The notes under the pieces: model-generated
What the model was told of the DNA's origin: nothing
Databases searched by the model: none
The model's input: the letters and a program-made list of their open reading frames with translations, nothing else
Shown: piece by piece, positions 21,410 through 33,042 of the stretch
Layout: each line of letters opens with the position of its first letter
Numbering within the stretch: position 1 is the first letter of the stretch
Translations under genes and position numbers: made by a program
Source: Escherichia coli
GTDB lineage: Bacteria; Pseudomonadota; Gammaproteobacteria; Enterobacterales; Enterobacteriaceae
Strand: one strand, 5' to 3'
DNA length: 64,000 nucleotides
Assembly (NCBI RefSeq): GCF_044324785.1
Contig: NZ_CP172127.1

Positions 21410-23743
21410 TTGGCCAACTCATCCTCACGATATTCCGTTCTGACTGCCGCCCACTGGGGGCCGATGCTGGTTGAAACCGACGGCGAAACCGTGTTTAGCT
21501 CGCGTGGCGCGTTAGTCACAGGAATGGAAAACTCCTTGCAGAGCGCGGTTCGCGACCAGGTTCACAGCAATACGCGGGTACGATTTCCAATGGTGCGCAA
21601 AGGCTTTCTCGCGTCACCGGAAAACCCGCAAGGCATTCGTGGGCAGGATGAATTTGTTCGCGTGAGTTGGGATGAGGCGCTGGATCTTATTCACCAACAA
21701 CATAAACGCATTCGTGAGGCTTATGGTCCGGCATCGATTTTTGCTGGTTCCTACGGCTGGCGTTCAAACGGCGTGCTGCATAAAGCCTCGACATTATTAC
21801 AACGCTATATGGCGCTGGCAGGCGGTTATACCGGGCATCTGGGGGATTATTCGACCGGTGCAGCACAGGCGATCATGCCGTATGTCGTGGGGGGCAGCGA
21901 AGTTTATCAACAGCAAACCAGTTGGCCGTTGGTATTGGAACATAGCGATGTCGTGGTGCTATGGAGTGCTAACCCACTCAATACGCTGAAAATTGCGTGG
22001 AATGCATCCGATGAGCAGGGGCTTTCTTACTTTTCCGCACTGCGTGACAGCGGGAAAAAGCTGATCTGCATTGATCCAATGCGATCGGAAACCGTCGATT
22101 TCTTTGGCGATAAAATGGAGTGGGTGGCACCGCACATGGGCACCGATGTTGCGCTGATGCTGGGGATCGCCCATACGCTGGTGGAAAATGGTTGGCACGA
22201 CGAAGCGTTTCTGGCGCGTTGCACCACAGGTTATGACGTCTTCGCCTCTTATTTGCTGGGCGAGAGCGACGGAATAGCGAAAACCGCCGAATGGGCGGCA
22301 GAGATTTGTGGTGTTGGCGCAGCGAAAATCCGCGAACTGGCGGCTCTTTTCCATCAAAATACTACCATGCTGATGGCTGGCTGGGGAATGCAGCGCCAAC
22401 AGTTTGGTGAGCAAAAACACTGGATGATCGTCACGCTGGCGGCAATGTTGGGGCAAATCGGCACACCCGGCGGCGGTTTTGGACTTTCTTACCATTTTGC
22501 CAATGGTGGTAACCCCACGCGCCGCGCTGCGGTGCTCTCTTCCATGCAGGGCAGCTTGCCTGGCGGCACCGATGCGGTGGATAAAATCCCTGTTGCCCGC
22601 ATTGTTGAAGCACTGGAAAACCCCGGTGGCGCATATCAACATAACGGTATGGACCGACATTTCCCGGATATTCGTTTTATCTGGTGGGCGGGCGGTGCCA
22701 ACTTTACTCATCATCAGGATACCAATCGCCTGATCCGTGCCTGGCAAAAACCGGAGCTGGTGGTGATCTCTGAATGCTTCTGGACGGCTGCGGCGAAACA
22801 CGCGGATATCGTTCTGCCTGCGACCACTTCGTTTGAGCGTAATGATCTCACCATGACCGGCGATTACAGTAATCAGCATCTGGTGCCGATGAAGCAAGTG
22901 GTGCCGCCACGTTATGAAGCGCGTAATGATTTTGATGTCTTTGCCGAGTTGAGTGAACGTTGGGAGAAGGGCGGCTATGCGCGGTTTACGGAAGGAAAAA
23001 GTGAGCTGCAATGGCTGGAAACGTTTTATAACGTTGCCCGGCAGCGCGGGGCAAGCCAGCAGGTTGAATTGCCGCCATTTGCTGAGTTCTGGCAAGCCAA
23101 CCAGTTAATTGAGATGCCGGAAAACCCGGACAGCGAGCAGTTTATTCGCTTCGCCGATTTTCGCCGCGATCCGCAGGCGCATCCATTAAAAACTGCCAGT
23201 GGTAAGATTGAAATCTTCTCGCAGAGTATTGCTGATTACGCTTATCCGGATTGCCCTGGGCATCCAATGTGGCTGGAGCCGGACGAATGGCAGGGCAATG
23301 CCGAACCGGAACAGTTGCAGGTACTTTCTGCTCATCCGGCACATCGTCTGCACAGCCAGCTGAATTACAGTTCTCTGCGCGAATTGTACGCGGTGGCAAA
23401 TCGTGAGCCTGTCACCATTCATCCTGACGATGCCCAGGCGCGCGGCATACAAGATGGCGATATTGTTCGGTTGTGGAACGCACGCGGGCAAATTCTTGCC
23501 GGAGCGGTCATTAGCGAGGGAATTAAACCTGGCGTGATTTGTATTCATGAAGGGGCATGGCCGGATCTGGATTTAACCGCTGACGGTATTTGTAAAAACG
23601 GCGCGGTGAACGTTCTGACCAAAGATCTCCCCAGCTCGCGGCTGGGGAATGGCTGTGCGGGTAATACGGCGCTGGCATGGCTGGAAAAATACAACGGTCC
23701 GGAACTGACACTTACAGCGTTTGAACCACCGGCCAGCTCATAA
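21410..23743 (+). CDS. bisC: biotin sulfoxide reductase (molybdopterin oxidoreductase)
   Basis: 777-aa ORF beginning with TTG ([26 protein letters not shown]...) preceded by CAGGAG. Confidence 0.93.
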   Translation: MANSSSRYSVLTAAHWGPMLVETDGETVFSSRGALVTGMENSLQSAVRDQVHSNTRVRFPMVRKGFLASPENPQGIRGQDEFVRVSWDEALDLIHQQHKRIREAYGPASIFAGSYGWRSNGVLHKASTLLQRYMALAGGYTGHLGDYSTGAAQAIMPYVVGGSEVYQQQTSWPLVLEHSDVVVLWSANPLNTLKIAWNASDEQGLSYFSALRDSGKKLICIDPMRSETVDFFGDKMEWVAPHMGTDVALMLGIAHTLVENGWHDEAFLARCTTGYDVFASYLLGESDGIAKTAEWAAEICGVGAAKIRELAALFHQNTTMLMAGWGMQRQQFGEQKHWMIVTLAAMLGQIGTPGGGFGLSYHFANGGNPTRRAAVLSSMQGSLPGGTDAVDKIPVARIVEALENPGGAYQHNGMDRHFPDIRFIWWAGGANFTHHQDTNRLIRAWQKPELVVISECFWTAAAKHADIVLPATTSFERNDLTMTGDYSNQHLVPMKQVVPPRYEARNDFDVFAELSERWEKGGYARFTEGKSELQWLETFYNVARQRGASQQVELPPFAEFWQANQLIEMPENPDSEQFIRFADFRRDPQAHPLKTASGKIEIFSQSIADYAYPDCPGHPMWLEPDEWQGNAEPEQLQVLSAHPAHRLHSQLNYSSLRELYAVANREPVTIHPDDAQARGIQDGDIVRLWNARGQILAGAVISEGIKPGVICIHEGAWPDLDLTADGICKNGAVNVLTKDLPSSRLGNGCAGNTALAWLEKYNGPELTLTAFEPPASS

Positions 23744-24152
23744 TCCAGGTGGGTAGTTGGGTTTCATCCTGCCATGCGCAGTCGACAATGTGAAAACCCT
23801 GCGCATGGTAAAAATCTATCGCCGGTTGATTTTTTTGATAAACCTCCAGCATCAGATGGGGATGGCGCTGCTGCACATACTGCATTAGCGCCTTACCAAT
23901 ACCGCGTCTGACGGCCTTCGGTGCGACAAACATTGCAGCCAGAAATCGGCCTTCCATAATGCTGACAAAACCGAGAAGCTTACCGTCTTCTTCCCAGACC
24001 CAGTTTTGCGCGTTGGCAAGATAGGCATCCCGCACCAGCGGAATGCAATCACGCCAGTAATTCGCTTTTATAAAGGGATGCCCCCAGGTTGTACTTTCCA
24101 GCCACAGTTCGAGGATCGCGGGGAGTTCTGAACGTTGCGCTTCCCGAATCAT
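23712..24152 (-). CDS. yiaC: GNAT-family N-acetyltransferase YiaC
   Basis: 146-aa ORF; 3' end overlaps bisC 3' end by 32 nt (convergent). Confidence 0.88.
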   Translation of the reverse strand: MIREAQRSELPAILELWLESTTWGHPFIKANYWRDCIPLVRDAYLANAQNWVWEEDGKLLGFVSIMEGRFLAAMFVAPKAVRRGIGKALMQYVQQRHPHLMLEVYQKNQPAIDFYHAQGFHIVDCAWQDETQLPTWIMSWPVVQTL

Positions 24153-24712
24153 GGTTTATTTCCCGGATAGCAACAGCAGCCAACCACATGATCATTCACC
24201 AGCCCACATGCCTGCATAAAGGAGTAACAGATTGTGGTACCAACAAACTTAAAACCACGCTTTTTCAGGGCTTTAGATAGAGCGTCGGAGGCGGGCGTAG
24301 ATGTAGGGATTTCGCTCAACGTTGTGGCTTGTGTCACCTGTGGTTGATGATTGACAAACGACCAGACAAAGTCGGCAAACGGTTCGCCGTTCTGTTCCAT
24401 TTGCAGGTACGCCCGCGCATTACCAATAATTGCCTGAATTTTCCCGCGATGGCGGATAATCCCGGCGTCCTGTACCAGTCTTTCGACATCCTCTTCCTGC
24501 ATTGCAGCCACCTTCACCGGATCGAACTGATGAAAGCTGGCGCGATAGTTTTCGCGTTTTTTGAGGACGGTGATCCACGATAATCCAGCCTGCTGCCCTT
24601 CAAGGCAGATCATTTCGAACAGTTTTTTACTGTCAGTTTCAGGCACGCCCCATTCATTATCATGGTAGGCAATATAAAGCGGGTCCTGACTCACCCAGCC
24701 GCAACGTTCCAT
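24149..24712 (-). CDS. tag: DNA-3-methyladenine glycosylase I
   Basis: 187 aa from MERCGWVSQDPLYIAYHDNEWGVPE...; six-frame ORF is N-terminally extended without support; 4-nt overlap with yiaC start. Confidence 0.93.
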   Translation of the reverse strand: MERCGWVSQDPLYIAYHDNEWGVPETDSKKLFEMICLEGQQAGLSWITVLKKRENYRASFHQFDPVKVAAMQEEDVERLVQDAGIIRHRGKIQAIIGNARAYLQMEQNGEPFADFVWSFVNHQPQVTQATTLSEIPTSTPASDALSKALKKRGFKFVGTTICYSFMQACGLVNDHVVGCCCYPGNKP

Positions 24713-24863
24713 ACTTTCCCTCGCTATGTACCCGATCGTAAAAATTTCAGCCGCTTTTCTTGACGCATCGGTGAAAAAGTCAATATTTAATACAGGGCTA
24801 CTATGCCCGATATCCTTCATACAATGACAATAATATTGCCGAATTCGGCTCTTCCCTGGAGTC

Positions 24864-25568
24864 GTGTTAATGATCATAAAAAAAAGCGGTGGTCGCTTGC
24901 AGCTAAGCCTGCTGGCGAGTGTGGTAATCAGTGCCTTTTTTCTCAACACAGCTTACGCCTGGCAACAAGAATATATCGTTGATACGCAACCCGGACATTC
25001 CACAGAGCGTTACACCTGGGATAGCGATCATCAACCTGATTACAACGATATTTTGTCGCAACGTATTCAAAGTAGCCAAAGGGCGCTGGGACTGGAAGTC
25101 AATCTGGCGGAAGAAACTCCTGTGGATGTGACCAGCAGTATGAGTATGGGCTGGAATTTTCCTTTATATGAGCAGGTTACAACCGGCCCGGTCGCGGCAT
25201 TACATTACGATGGCACAACCACCTCGATGTATAACGAGTTTGGCGACAGTACTACCACGCTGGCCGATCCGTTATGGCATGCCAGCGTGAGTACCTTAGG
25301 CTGGCGTGTTGACTCCCGGCTTGGCGATCTCCGACCCTGGGCGCAAATCAGCTATAACCAGCAATTTGGCGAGAATATCTGGAAGGCGCAATCAGGCCTG
25401 AGCCGGATGACGGCGACAAACCAGAACGGCAACTGGCTGGATGTCACCGTAGGCGCTGATATGTTGCTCAATCAAAATATTGCTGCCTATGCTGCGCTAT
25501 CTCAGGCAGAAAATACCACTAACAATAGCGACTATCTGTATACGATGGGGGTTAGTGCCAGATTTTAA
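24864..25568 (+). CDS. yhjY: uncharacterized exported protein YhjY
   Basis: About 232-aa ORF with signal peptide (SLLASVVISAFFLNTAYA); position between tag and yhjX; start may be the third ATG. Confidence 0.75.
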   Translation: MLMIIKKSGGRLQLSLLASVVISAFFLNTAYAWQQEYIVDTQPGHSTERYTWDSDHQPDYNDILSQRIQSSQRALGLEVNLAEETPVDVTSSMSMGWNFPLYEQVTTGPVAALHYDGTTTSMYNEFGDSTTTLADPLWHASVSTLGWRVDSRLGDLRPWAQISYNQQFGENIWKAQSGLSRMTATNQNGNWLDVTVGADMLLNQNIAAYAALSQAENTTNNSDYLYTMGVSARF

Positions 25569-25682
25569 CGTGGCAGCCACAATTAAAACCATTGAGTAAC
25601 AACAGTTGTGGCGATAGTGGGTGCTAACTTACCAAATAATAAATTTGGTGAATAATTGTCACGTCATTCATTCCTGAACTAA

Positions 25683-25713
25683 GGCATTTCATTCCGTTCT
25701 GATGGCATTTCAT
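25683..25713 (+). promoter_or_regulatory. YpdB (PyrR) response-regulator binding site: direct repeat GGCATTTCAT-N11-GGCATTTCAT in the yhjX promoter
   Basis: Exact 10-bp direct repeats at 25683-25692 and 25704-25713 separated by 11 nt, about 85 bp upstream of the yhjX ATG; matches the recalled YpdB motif. Confidence 0.7.
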
Positions 25714-25796
25714 GCCGTTTTTCCCCAGGCATAAAGTGCACTTCGTTATGGTTGTCGGCAGAGATTTTTCCTTTTTATTACTGCAGGAATACTGCC

Positions 25797-27005
25797 ATGA
25801 CACCTTCAAATTATCAGCGTACCCGCTGGCTGACACTCATCGGTACTATCATTACCCAGTTTGCGCTGGGGTCGGTTTATACCTGGAGCTTGTTTAATGG
25901 CGCGCTTTCCGCCAAGCTGGATGCGCCGGTAAGCCAGGTCGCTTTCTCTTTCGGCTTGTTAAGTCTGGGGCTGGCAATTTCATCTTCTGTTGCGGGCAAA
26001 TTGCAGGAACGTTTTGGCGTTAAACGCGTCACTATGGCTTCCGGCATTTTGCTGGGATTAGGCTTCTTCCTGACAGCGCATTCTGACAACCTGATGATGC
26101 TGTGGTTAAGCGCCGGTGTGCTGGTCGGTCTGGCGGATGGCGCGGGTTACCTGCTGACGCTCTCTAACTGCGTGAAGTGGTTCCCGGAGCGTAAAGGTCT
26201 GATCTCCGCGTTCGCTATCGGTTCTTATGGTCTGGGTAGCCTGGGGTTCAAATTTATCGACACGCAGCTGCTGGAAACGGTGGGTCTGGAAAAAACATTT
26301 GTGATTTGGGGAGCGATTGCGCTGGTGATGATTGTTTTCGGCGCAACGTTAATGAAAGACGCACCAAAACAGGAAGTGAAAACCAGCAATGGTGTGGTGG
26401 AGAAAGATTACACGCTGGCAGAGTCGATGCGTAAACCGCAGTACTGGATGTTAGCGGTAATGTTCCTGACTGCCTGCATGAGCGGCCTGTACGTGATTGG
26501 GGTAGCGAAAGATATCGCCCAAAGTCTGGCACACCTTGATGTGGTTTCCGCAGCTAATGCAGTCACTGTTATTTCCATCGCCAACCTTTCAGGTCGTCTG
26601 GTTCTGGGGATACTGTCTGACAAAATCGCCCGTATCCGTGTTATCACCATTGGTCAGGTGATTTCGCTGGTGGGTATGGCGGCCCTGCTGTTTGCACCAT
26701 TGAATGCAGTGACGTTCTTTGCAGCGATTGCCTGCGTGGCGTTTAACTTTGGCGGCACTATCACGGTGTTCCCGTCACTGGTCAGTGAGTTCTTCGGCCT
26801 CAATAACCTGGCGAAAAACTACGGTGTGATTTATCTCGGTTTCGGTATCGGCAGCATTTGTGGGTCGATTATCGCCTCACTGTTTGGCGGCTTCTATGTG
26901 ACCTTCTACGTGATTTTCGCCCTGCTGATTCTGTCACTGGCGCTTTCTACGACCATTCGCCAGCCAGAGCAGAAAATGTTGCGTGAGGCGCATGGCTCCC
27001 TTTAA
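25797..27005 (+). CDS. yhjX: pyruvate-inducible MFS transporter YhjX
   Basis: 402 aa from MTPSNYQRTRWLTLIGTIITQFALG...; 12-TM MFS-like. Confidence 0.92.
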   Translation: MTPSNYQRTRWLTLIGTIITQFALGSVYTWSLFNGALSAKLDAPVSQVAFSFGLLSLGLAISSSVAGKLQERFGVKRVTMASGILLGLGFFLTAHSDNLMMLWLSAGVLVGLADGAGYLLTLSNCVKWFPERKGLISAFAIGSYGLGSLGFKFIDTQLLETVGLEKTFVIWGAIALVMIVFGATLMKDAPKQEVKTSNGVVEKDYTLAESMRKPQYWMLAVMFLTACMSGLYVIGVAKDIAQSLAHLDVVSAANAVTVISIANLSGRLVLGILSDKIARIRVITIGQVISLVGMAALLFAPLNAVTFFAAIACVAFNFGGTITVFPSLVSEFFGLNNLAKNYGVIYLGFGIGSICGSIIASLFGGFYVTFYVIFALLILSLALSTTIRQPEQKMLREAHGSL

Positions 27006-27328
27006 TCATCTGCCGCGAGCTACTGGGCTTTAGCCTTAGTGTGAATCAAACGCTTCAACGCAATGTATAAACAATGACGCGTAAAATTTGGGCCAGCTAA
27101 CTGGCCCTTTTTACTGCTTTTTGTAACGCTAAAGTCTCTTTTCAAACTTGCATTTTTGTAAATTTGTGCTTCATGCACACTCTTTCCCCACACTTTTTCC
27201 CTTTGCTGTGGTCTACTTAATCGCGCGTGTAGATTTTACTTATCTGACTACCTCCGCACTTTTCCCCTGCCGGGCCTGAAAAGCCATTAAGCAGGGTGTT
27301 ATCACCTGTTTGTCCAGGGTTTGTTTGC

Positions 27329-29020
27329 ATGAGATACATCAAATCGATTACACAGCAGAAGCTGAGCTTTTTGCTTGCAATCTATATTGGCCTTTTTATG
27401 AATGGCGCGGTTTTTTACCGCCGCTTCGGCAACTATGCGCATGATTTTACCGTCTGGAAAGGCATTTCTGCTGTTGTTGAACTGGCCGCCACCGTACTGG
27501 TGACCTTCTTTTTACTACGTCTTCTTTCGCTGTTTGGCCGCCGCAGCTGGCGTATTCTGGCATCGCTGGTGGTGCTCTTTTCCGCAGGTGCCAGCTATTA
27601 CATGACCTTCCTTAATGTGGTCATTGGTTATGGCATCATCGCATCCGTCATGACCACCGATATCGACCTGTCAAAAGAAGTTGTTGGTCTGAACTTTATT
27701 CTCTGGTTAATCGCCGTAAGCGCATTGCCTCTTATCCTTATCTGGAATAACCGCTGTCGTTACACCTTGCTCCGACAGCTGCGAACCCCAGGGCAACGTC
27801 TTCGCAGCCTGGCGGTCGTCGTGCTGGCAGGTATTATGGTTTGGGCACCGATTCGTTTGCTGGATATCCAGCAGAAGAAAGTGGAGAGGGCGACCGGTGT
27901 TGATTTGCCCAGCTATGGCGGCGTCGTAGCGAACTCTTATCTACCATCAAACTGGCTTTCGGCATTGGGGCTGTATGCCTGGGCGCGGGTCGATGAATCT
28001 TCCGATAACAATTCATTGCTTAACCCGGCGAAGAAATTCACTTACCAGGCACCGCAAAATGTTGATGACACTTATGTCGTGTTTATCATTGGTGAAACCA
28101 CGCGTTGGGATCATATGGGCATTTTCGGCTATGAACGTAACACCACACCGAAGCTAGCCCAGGAGAAAAATCTGGCAGCGTTCCGTGGTTACTCCTGTGA
28201 TACCGCAACCAAACTCTCACTGCGTTGCATGTTTGTACGTCAGGGGGGCGCGGAAGATAATCCGCAGCGCACATTAAAAGAACAGAACATTTTCGCGGTA
28301 TTGAAGCAGTTAGGATTCAGTTCTGATCTCTACGCTATGCAAAGCGAAATGTGGTTCTACAGCAACACGATGGCAGACAACATTGCTTATCGTGAGCAGA
28401 TTGGTGCGGAGCCACGTAACCGTGGCAAGCCGGTAGATGATATGTTGCTGGTAGACGAAATGCAGCAATCGCTGGGGCGCAACCCGGATGGCAAGCATCT
28501 GATCATTTTGCATACCAAAGGTTCGCACTTTAACTACACCCAGCGTTACCCGCGCAGCTTCGCGCAGTGGAAGCCGGAATGTATTGGTGTTGATAGCGGC
28601 TGTACCAAAGCGCAGATGATCAACTCCTACGACAACTCGGTGACCTATGTGGATCACTTTATCTCCAGCGTGATTGATCAGGTTCGCGATAAGAAAGCGA
28701 TTGTGTTCTACGCAGCTGACCACGGTGAGTCAATTAATGAACGCGAGCACCTGCACGGCACGCCGCGTGAACTGGCACCGCCGGAGCAGTTCCGTGTACC
28801 GATGATGGTCTGGATGTCAGATAAATATCTGGAAAATCCGGTCAATGCGCAGGCATTTGCGCAGCTGAAAAAAGAAGCCGACATGAAAGTGCCACGCCGT
28901 CACGTAGAGCTGTACGACACCATCATGGGTTGTCTTGGCTATACTTCACCGGATGGTGGAATTAACGAAAACAACAACTGGTGTCACATCCCGCAGACAA
29001 AAGAGGCAGCGGCTAACTAA
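27329..29020 (+). CDS. eptB: Kdo2-lipid A phosphoethanolamine transferase EptB
   Basis: 563 aa from [23 protein letters not shown]...; N-terminal TM helices plus sulfatase-like domain. Confidence 0.93.
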   Translation: MRYIKSITQQKLSFLLAIYIGLFMNGAVFYRRFGNYAHDFTVWKGISAVVELAATVLVTFFLLRLLSLFGRRSWRILASLVVLFSAGASYYMTFLNVVIGYGIIASVMTTDIDLSKEVVGLNFILWLIAVSALPLILIWNNRCRYTLLRQLRTPGQRLRSLAVVVLAGIMVWAPIRLLDIQQKKVERATGVDLPSYGGVVANSYLPSNWLSALGLYAWARVDESSDNNSLLNPAKKFTYQAPQNVDDTYVVFIIGETTRWDHMGIFGYERNTTPKLAQEKNLAAFRGYSCDTATKLSLRCMFVRQGGAEDNPQRTLKEQNIFAVLKQLGFSSDLYAMQSEMWFYSNTMADNIAYREQIGAEPRNRGKPVDDMLLVDEMQQSLGRNPDGKHLIILHTKGSHFNYTQRYPRSFAQWKPECIGVDSGCTKAQMINSYDNSVTYVDHFISSVIDQVRDKKAIVFYAADHGESINEREHLHGTPRELAPPEQFRVPMMVWMSDKYLENPVNAQAFAQLKKEADMKVPRRHVELYDTIMGCLGYTSPDGGINENNNWCHIPQTKEAAAN

Positions 29021-29111
29021 GAGGCCTGCTGACTTTCTCGCCGATCAAAAGGCATTTTGCTATTAAGGGATTGACGAGGGCGTATCTGCGCAGTAAGATG
29101 CGCCCCGCATT

Positions 29112-29444
<333 letters not shown>

Positions 29445-29446
29445 AC

Positions 29447-29482
29447 GTAGGCCTGATAAGACGCGCCAGCGTCGCATCAGGC
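29447..29482. repeat. REP (repetitive extragenic palindromic) element
   Basis: gtaggcctgataagacgcgccagcgtcgcatcaggc matches the classical E. coli REP consensus. Confidence 0.8.
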
Positions 29483-30067
29483 AAATGTGCCGGCCCATTG
29501 TCGGATGCGGCGTGAACACCTTATTCGACCTACACACCACACATTTCCCTGCCAAATTTGCGCCCCATATCTCACTATCCATTAACGGATTTGTGACAGA
29601 AACCATTGTCTTTTTTTATATTTGCTTAAATCTTTTTTTGCGTTACTTATGGATGGCGCTGGCATTTTCCCCTGTGCGTTTTAGCGTTCATGGTATTAAT
29701 CGCTCAGATATCCACCTTTTCCTCAGATTTTTTTCACTAAATGCATAAAACTTAATCACCAATTGTTGCTAAATATTAAGCTGATTGTTCTGGTCATGTT
29801 GGAGTAGCACAAATTTCTCTGCTGCAAATAGCTGTTTGAAGTTTTTTTAATCTTTGTTTGTGGATTCTCACCGTTGGTGTAAATCCCGGTTGGCTGTATT
29901 GACGTTTTCACATTCTGTTGACAGATTGTAGGTCACGAGGGGCATTTTATGGAGGATCCGCACTGTTACACTGATGTTAATTAGTACGGCATCCCCACCT
30001 CATAACGTTGACCCGACCGGGCAAAAAACAAAAAAGGTCAGGCAGCGACAACCCACTGCAAAGGGTT

Positions 30068-30092
30068 AAAACAACAAACATCACAATTGGAG
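30068..30092 (+). promoter_or_regulatory. C/A-rich segment of the dppA leader; probable GcvB sRNA target site
   Basis: aaacaacaaacatcacaattggagc just upstream of the dppA start; assignment from recalled literature. Confidence 0.45.
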
Positions 30093-30099
30093 CAGAATA

Positions 30100-31707
30100 A
30101 TGCGTATTTCCTTGAAAAAGTCAGGGATGCTGAAGCTTGGTCTCAGCCTGGTGGCTATGACCGTCGCAGCAAGTGTTCAGGCTAAAACTCTGGTTTATTG
30201 CTCAGAAGGATCTCCGGAAGGGTTTAACCCGCAGCTGTTTACCTCCGGTACCACCTATGACGCCTCTTCCGTGCCGCTTTATAACCGCCTGGTTGAATTT
30301 AAAATCGGCACCACCGAAGTAATCCCGGGCCTCGCTGAAAAGTGGGAAGTCAGCGAAGACGGAAAAACCTATACCTTCCATCTGCGTAAAGGTGTGAAGT
30401 GGCACGACAACAAAGAATTCAAACCGACGCGCGAACTGAACGCCGATGACGTGGTGTTCTCGTTCGATCGTCAGAAAAACGCGCAAAACCCGTACCATAA
30501 AGTCTCTGGCGGCAGCTACGAATACTTCGAAGGCATGGGCTTGCCGGAGCTGATCAGCGAAGTGAAAAAGGTGGACGATAACACCGTTCAGTTCGTGCTG
30601 ACTCGCCCGGAAGCGCCGTTCCTCGCGGATCTGGCAATGGACTTCGCCTCTATTCTGTCAAAAGAATATGCTGACGCGATGATGAAAGCCGGTACGCCGG
30701 AAAAACTGGACCTCAACCCAATCGGCACCGGTCCGTTCCAGTTACAGCAGTACCAAAAAGATTCCCGTATCCGCTACAAAGCGTTTGATGGCTACTGGGG
30801 CACCAAACCGCAGATCGATACGCTGGTTTTCTCTATTACCCCTGATGCTTCCGTGCGTTACGCGAAATTGCAGAAGAATGAATGCCAGGTGATGCCGTAC
30901 CCGAACCCGGCAGATATCGCTCGCATGAAGCAGGATAAATCCATCAATCTGATGGAAATGCCGGGGCTTAACGTCGGCTATCTTTCATATAACGTGCAGA
31001 AAAAACCACTTGATGACGTGAAAGTTCGCCAGGCTCTGACCTACGCGGTGAACAAAGACGCTATCATCAAAGCGGTTTATCAGGGCGCGGGCGTGGCAGC
31101 GAAAAACCTGATCCCGCCAACCATGTGGGGCTATAACGACGACGTTCAGGACTACACCTACGATCCCGAAAAAGCGAAAGCCTTGCTGAAAGAAGCGGGC
31201 CTGGAAAAAGGCTTCTCCATCGACCTGTGGGCAATGCCGGTACAACGTCCGTATAACCCGAATGCTCGCCGCATGGCAGAGATGATTCAGGCAGACTGGG
31301 CGAAAGTGGGCGTGCAGGCCAAAATTGTCACCTACGAATGGGGTGAGTATCTCAAGCGTGCGAAAGATGGCGAGCATCAGACGGTAATGATGGGCTGGAC
31401 TGGCGACAACGGGGATCCGGATAACTTCTTCGCCACCCTGTTCAGCTGCGCCGCCTCTGAACAAGGCTCCAACTACTCAAAATGGTGCTACAAACCGTTT
31501 GAAGATCTGATTCAACCGGCGCGTGCTACCGACGACCATAACAAACGCGTTGAACTGTACAAGCAAGCGCAGGTGGTGATGCACGATCAGGCTCCGGCAC
31601 TGATCATCGCTCACTCCACCGTGTTTGAACCGGTACGCAAAGAAGTTAAAGGCTATGTGGTTGATCCATTAGGCAAACATCACTTCGAAAACGTCTCTAT
31701 CGAATAA
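30100..31707 (+). CDS. dppA: dipeptide ABC transporter periplasmic binding protein
   Basis: 535-aa ORF MRISLKKSGMLKLGLSLVAMTVAASVQA... (signal peptide). Confidence 0.97.
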   Translation: MRISLKKSGMLKLGLSLVAMTVAASVQAKTLVYCSEGSPEGFNPQLFTSGTTYDASSVPLYNRLVEFKIGTTEVIPGLAEKWEVSEDGKTYTFHLRKGVKWHDNKEFKPTRELNADDVVFSFDRQKNAQNPYHKVSGGSYEYFEGMGLPELISEVKKVDDNTVQFVLTRPEAPFLADLAMDFASILSKEYADAMMKAGTPEKLDLNPIGTGPFQLQQYQKDSRIRYKAFDGYWGTKPQIDTLVFSITPDASVRYAKLQKNECQVMPYPNPADIARMKQDKSINLMEMPGLNVGYLSYNVQKKPLDDVKVRQALTYAVNKDAIIKAVYQGAGVAAKNLIPPTMWGYNDDVQDYTYDPEKAKALLKEAGLEKGFSIDLWAMPVQRPYNPNARRMAEMIQADWAKVGVQAKIVTYEWGEYLKRAKDGEHQTVMMGWTGDNGDPDNFFATLFSCAASEQGSNYSKWCYKPFEDLIQPARATDDHNKRVELYKQAQVVMHDQAPALIIAHSTVFEPVRKEVKGYVVDPLGKHHFENVSIE

Positions 31708-31743
31708 TTAAAGCCATACAAGACTGATGGCAAAGGCAAAACT

Positions 31744-31842
31744 GCCTGATGCGCTCCGCTTATCAGGCCTACGAAAACTCTGCAATGTATTGAGTTTGCA
31801 CGATTTTGTAGGTCGGATAAGGCGTTTGCGCCGCATCCGGCA
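31744..31842. repeat. BIME: two REP elements in the dppA-dppB intergenic region
   Basis: gcctgatgcgctccgcttatcaggcctac (31744-31772) and gtaggtcggataaggcgtttgcgccgcatccggca (31808-31842). Confidence 0.8.
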
Positions 31843-32013
31843 TAAACAAAGCGCTCTTTGTCAACAATCTGCATACCCGGTGGCGCTGTGCCTCTGCGTG
31901 CAGCGCCATCCGGCAGCAATACTTCATTCCCTGCCCGACCTGGGCGGGAATTGATTTGTGAGCAATACAGACACGCAGTTCCAGGCTGCGGGTCACTACA
32001 GAGAATCCGGGTT

Positions 32014-33033
32014 ATGTTGCAGTTTATTCTCCGACGTTTGGGACTCGTCATCCCCACGTTTATCGGTATTACCCTTCTCACATTTGCCTTTGTCCACATG
32101 ATCCCGGGCGATCCGGTGATGATCATGGCGGGCGAACGTGGGATCTCCCCAGAGCGTCACGCGCAGCTGCTGGCTGAACTCGGCTTAGATAAACCGATGT
32201 GGCAGCAGTATCTCCATTACATTTGGGGCGTTATGCATGGCGATCTAGGCATTTCAATGAAAAGCCGCATCCCGGTTTGGGAAGAGTTTGTGCCGCGCTT
32301 TCAGGCCACGCTGGAGCTTGGTGTCTGCGCGATGATTTTTGCTACGGCAGTCGGTATTCCGGTTGGTGTGCTGGCTGCGGTTAAACGCGGTTCCATTTTC
32401 GATCACACGGCGGTTGGTCTGGCGCTGACCGGCTACTCGATGCCGATCTTCTGGTGGGGCATGATGCTGATCATGCTGGTTTCGGTGCACTGGAACCTGA
32501 CGCCCGTCTCCGGTCGCGTGAGCGATATGGTGTTCCTCGATGATTCCAATCCGTTAACCGGTTTTATGTTAATCGACACCGCCACCTGGGGTGAAGACGG
32601 TAACTTTATCGATGCCGTCGCGCATATGATCCTGCCCGCCATTGTGCTGGGTACGATACCGCTGGCGGTGATTGTGCGTATGACGCGCTCCTCGATGCTT
32701 GAAGTGCTGGGTGAAGATTACATCCGCACCGCGCGCGCCAAAGGGTTGACCCGCCTTAGGGTGATTATCGTCCACGCGCTGCGTAACGCGATGCTGCCGG
32801 TAGTGACCGTTATCGGCCTTCAGGTGGGAACATTGCTGGCGGGGGCGATTCTGACCGAAACCATCTTCTCGTGGCCCGGTCTGGGGCGCTGGTTGATTGA
32901 CGCACTGCAACGCCGCGATTATCCGGTAGTGCAGGGTGGCGTATTGCTGGTGGCGACGATGATTATCCTCGTCAACCTGCTGGTCGATCTGCTGTACGGC
33001 GTGGTGAACCCGCGTATTCGTCATAAGAAGTAA
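32014..33033 (+). CDS. dppB: dipeptide ABC transporter permease DppB
   Basis: 339 aa from MLQFILRRLGLVIPTFIGI...; upstream part of six-frame ORF covers the REP region and is not coding. Confidence 0.95.
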   Translation: MLQFILRRLGLVIPTFIGITLLTFAFVHMIPGDPVMIMAGERGISPERHAQLLAELGLDKPMWQQYLHYIWGVMHGDLGISMKSRIPVWEEFVPRFQATLELGVCAMIFATAVGIPVGVLAAVKRGSIFDHTAVGLALTGYSMPIFWWGMMLIMLVSVHWNLTPVSGRVSDMVFLDDSNPLTGFMLIDTATWGEDGNFIDAVAHMILPAIVLGTIPLAVIVRMTRSSMLEVLGEDYIRTARAKGLTRLRVIIVHALRNAMLPVVTVIGLQVGTLLAGAILTETIFSWPGLGRWLIDALQRRDYPVVQGGVLLVATMIILVNLLVDLLYGVVNPRIRHKK

Positions 33034-33042
33034 GGGGACATC

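Noticed and set aside
21959-23095. 378-aa minus-strand ORF
   Set aside because: Antisense within bisC; shadow ORF.
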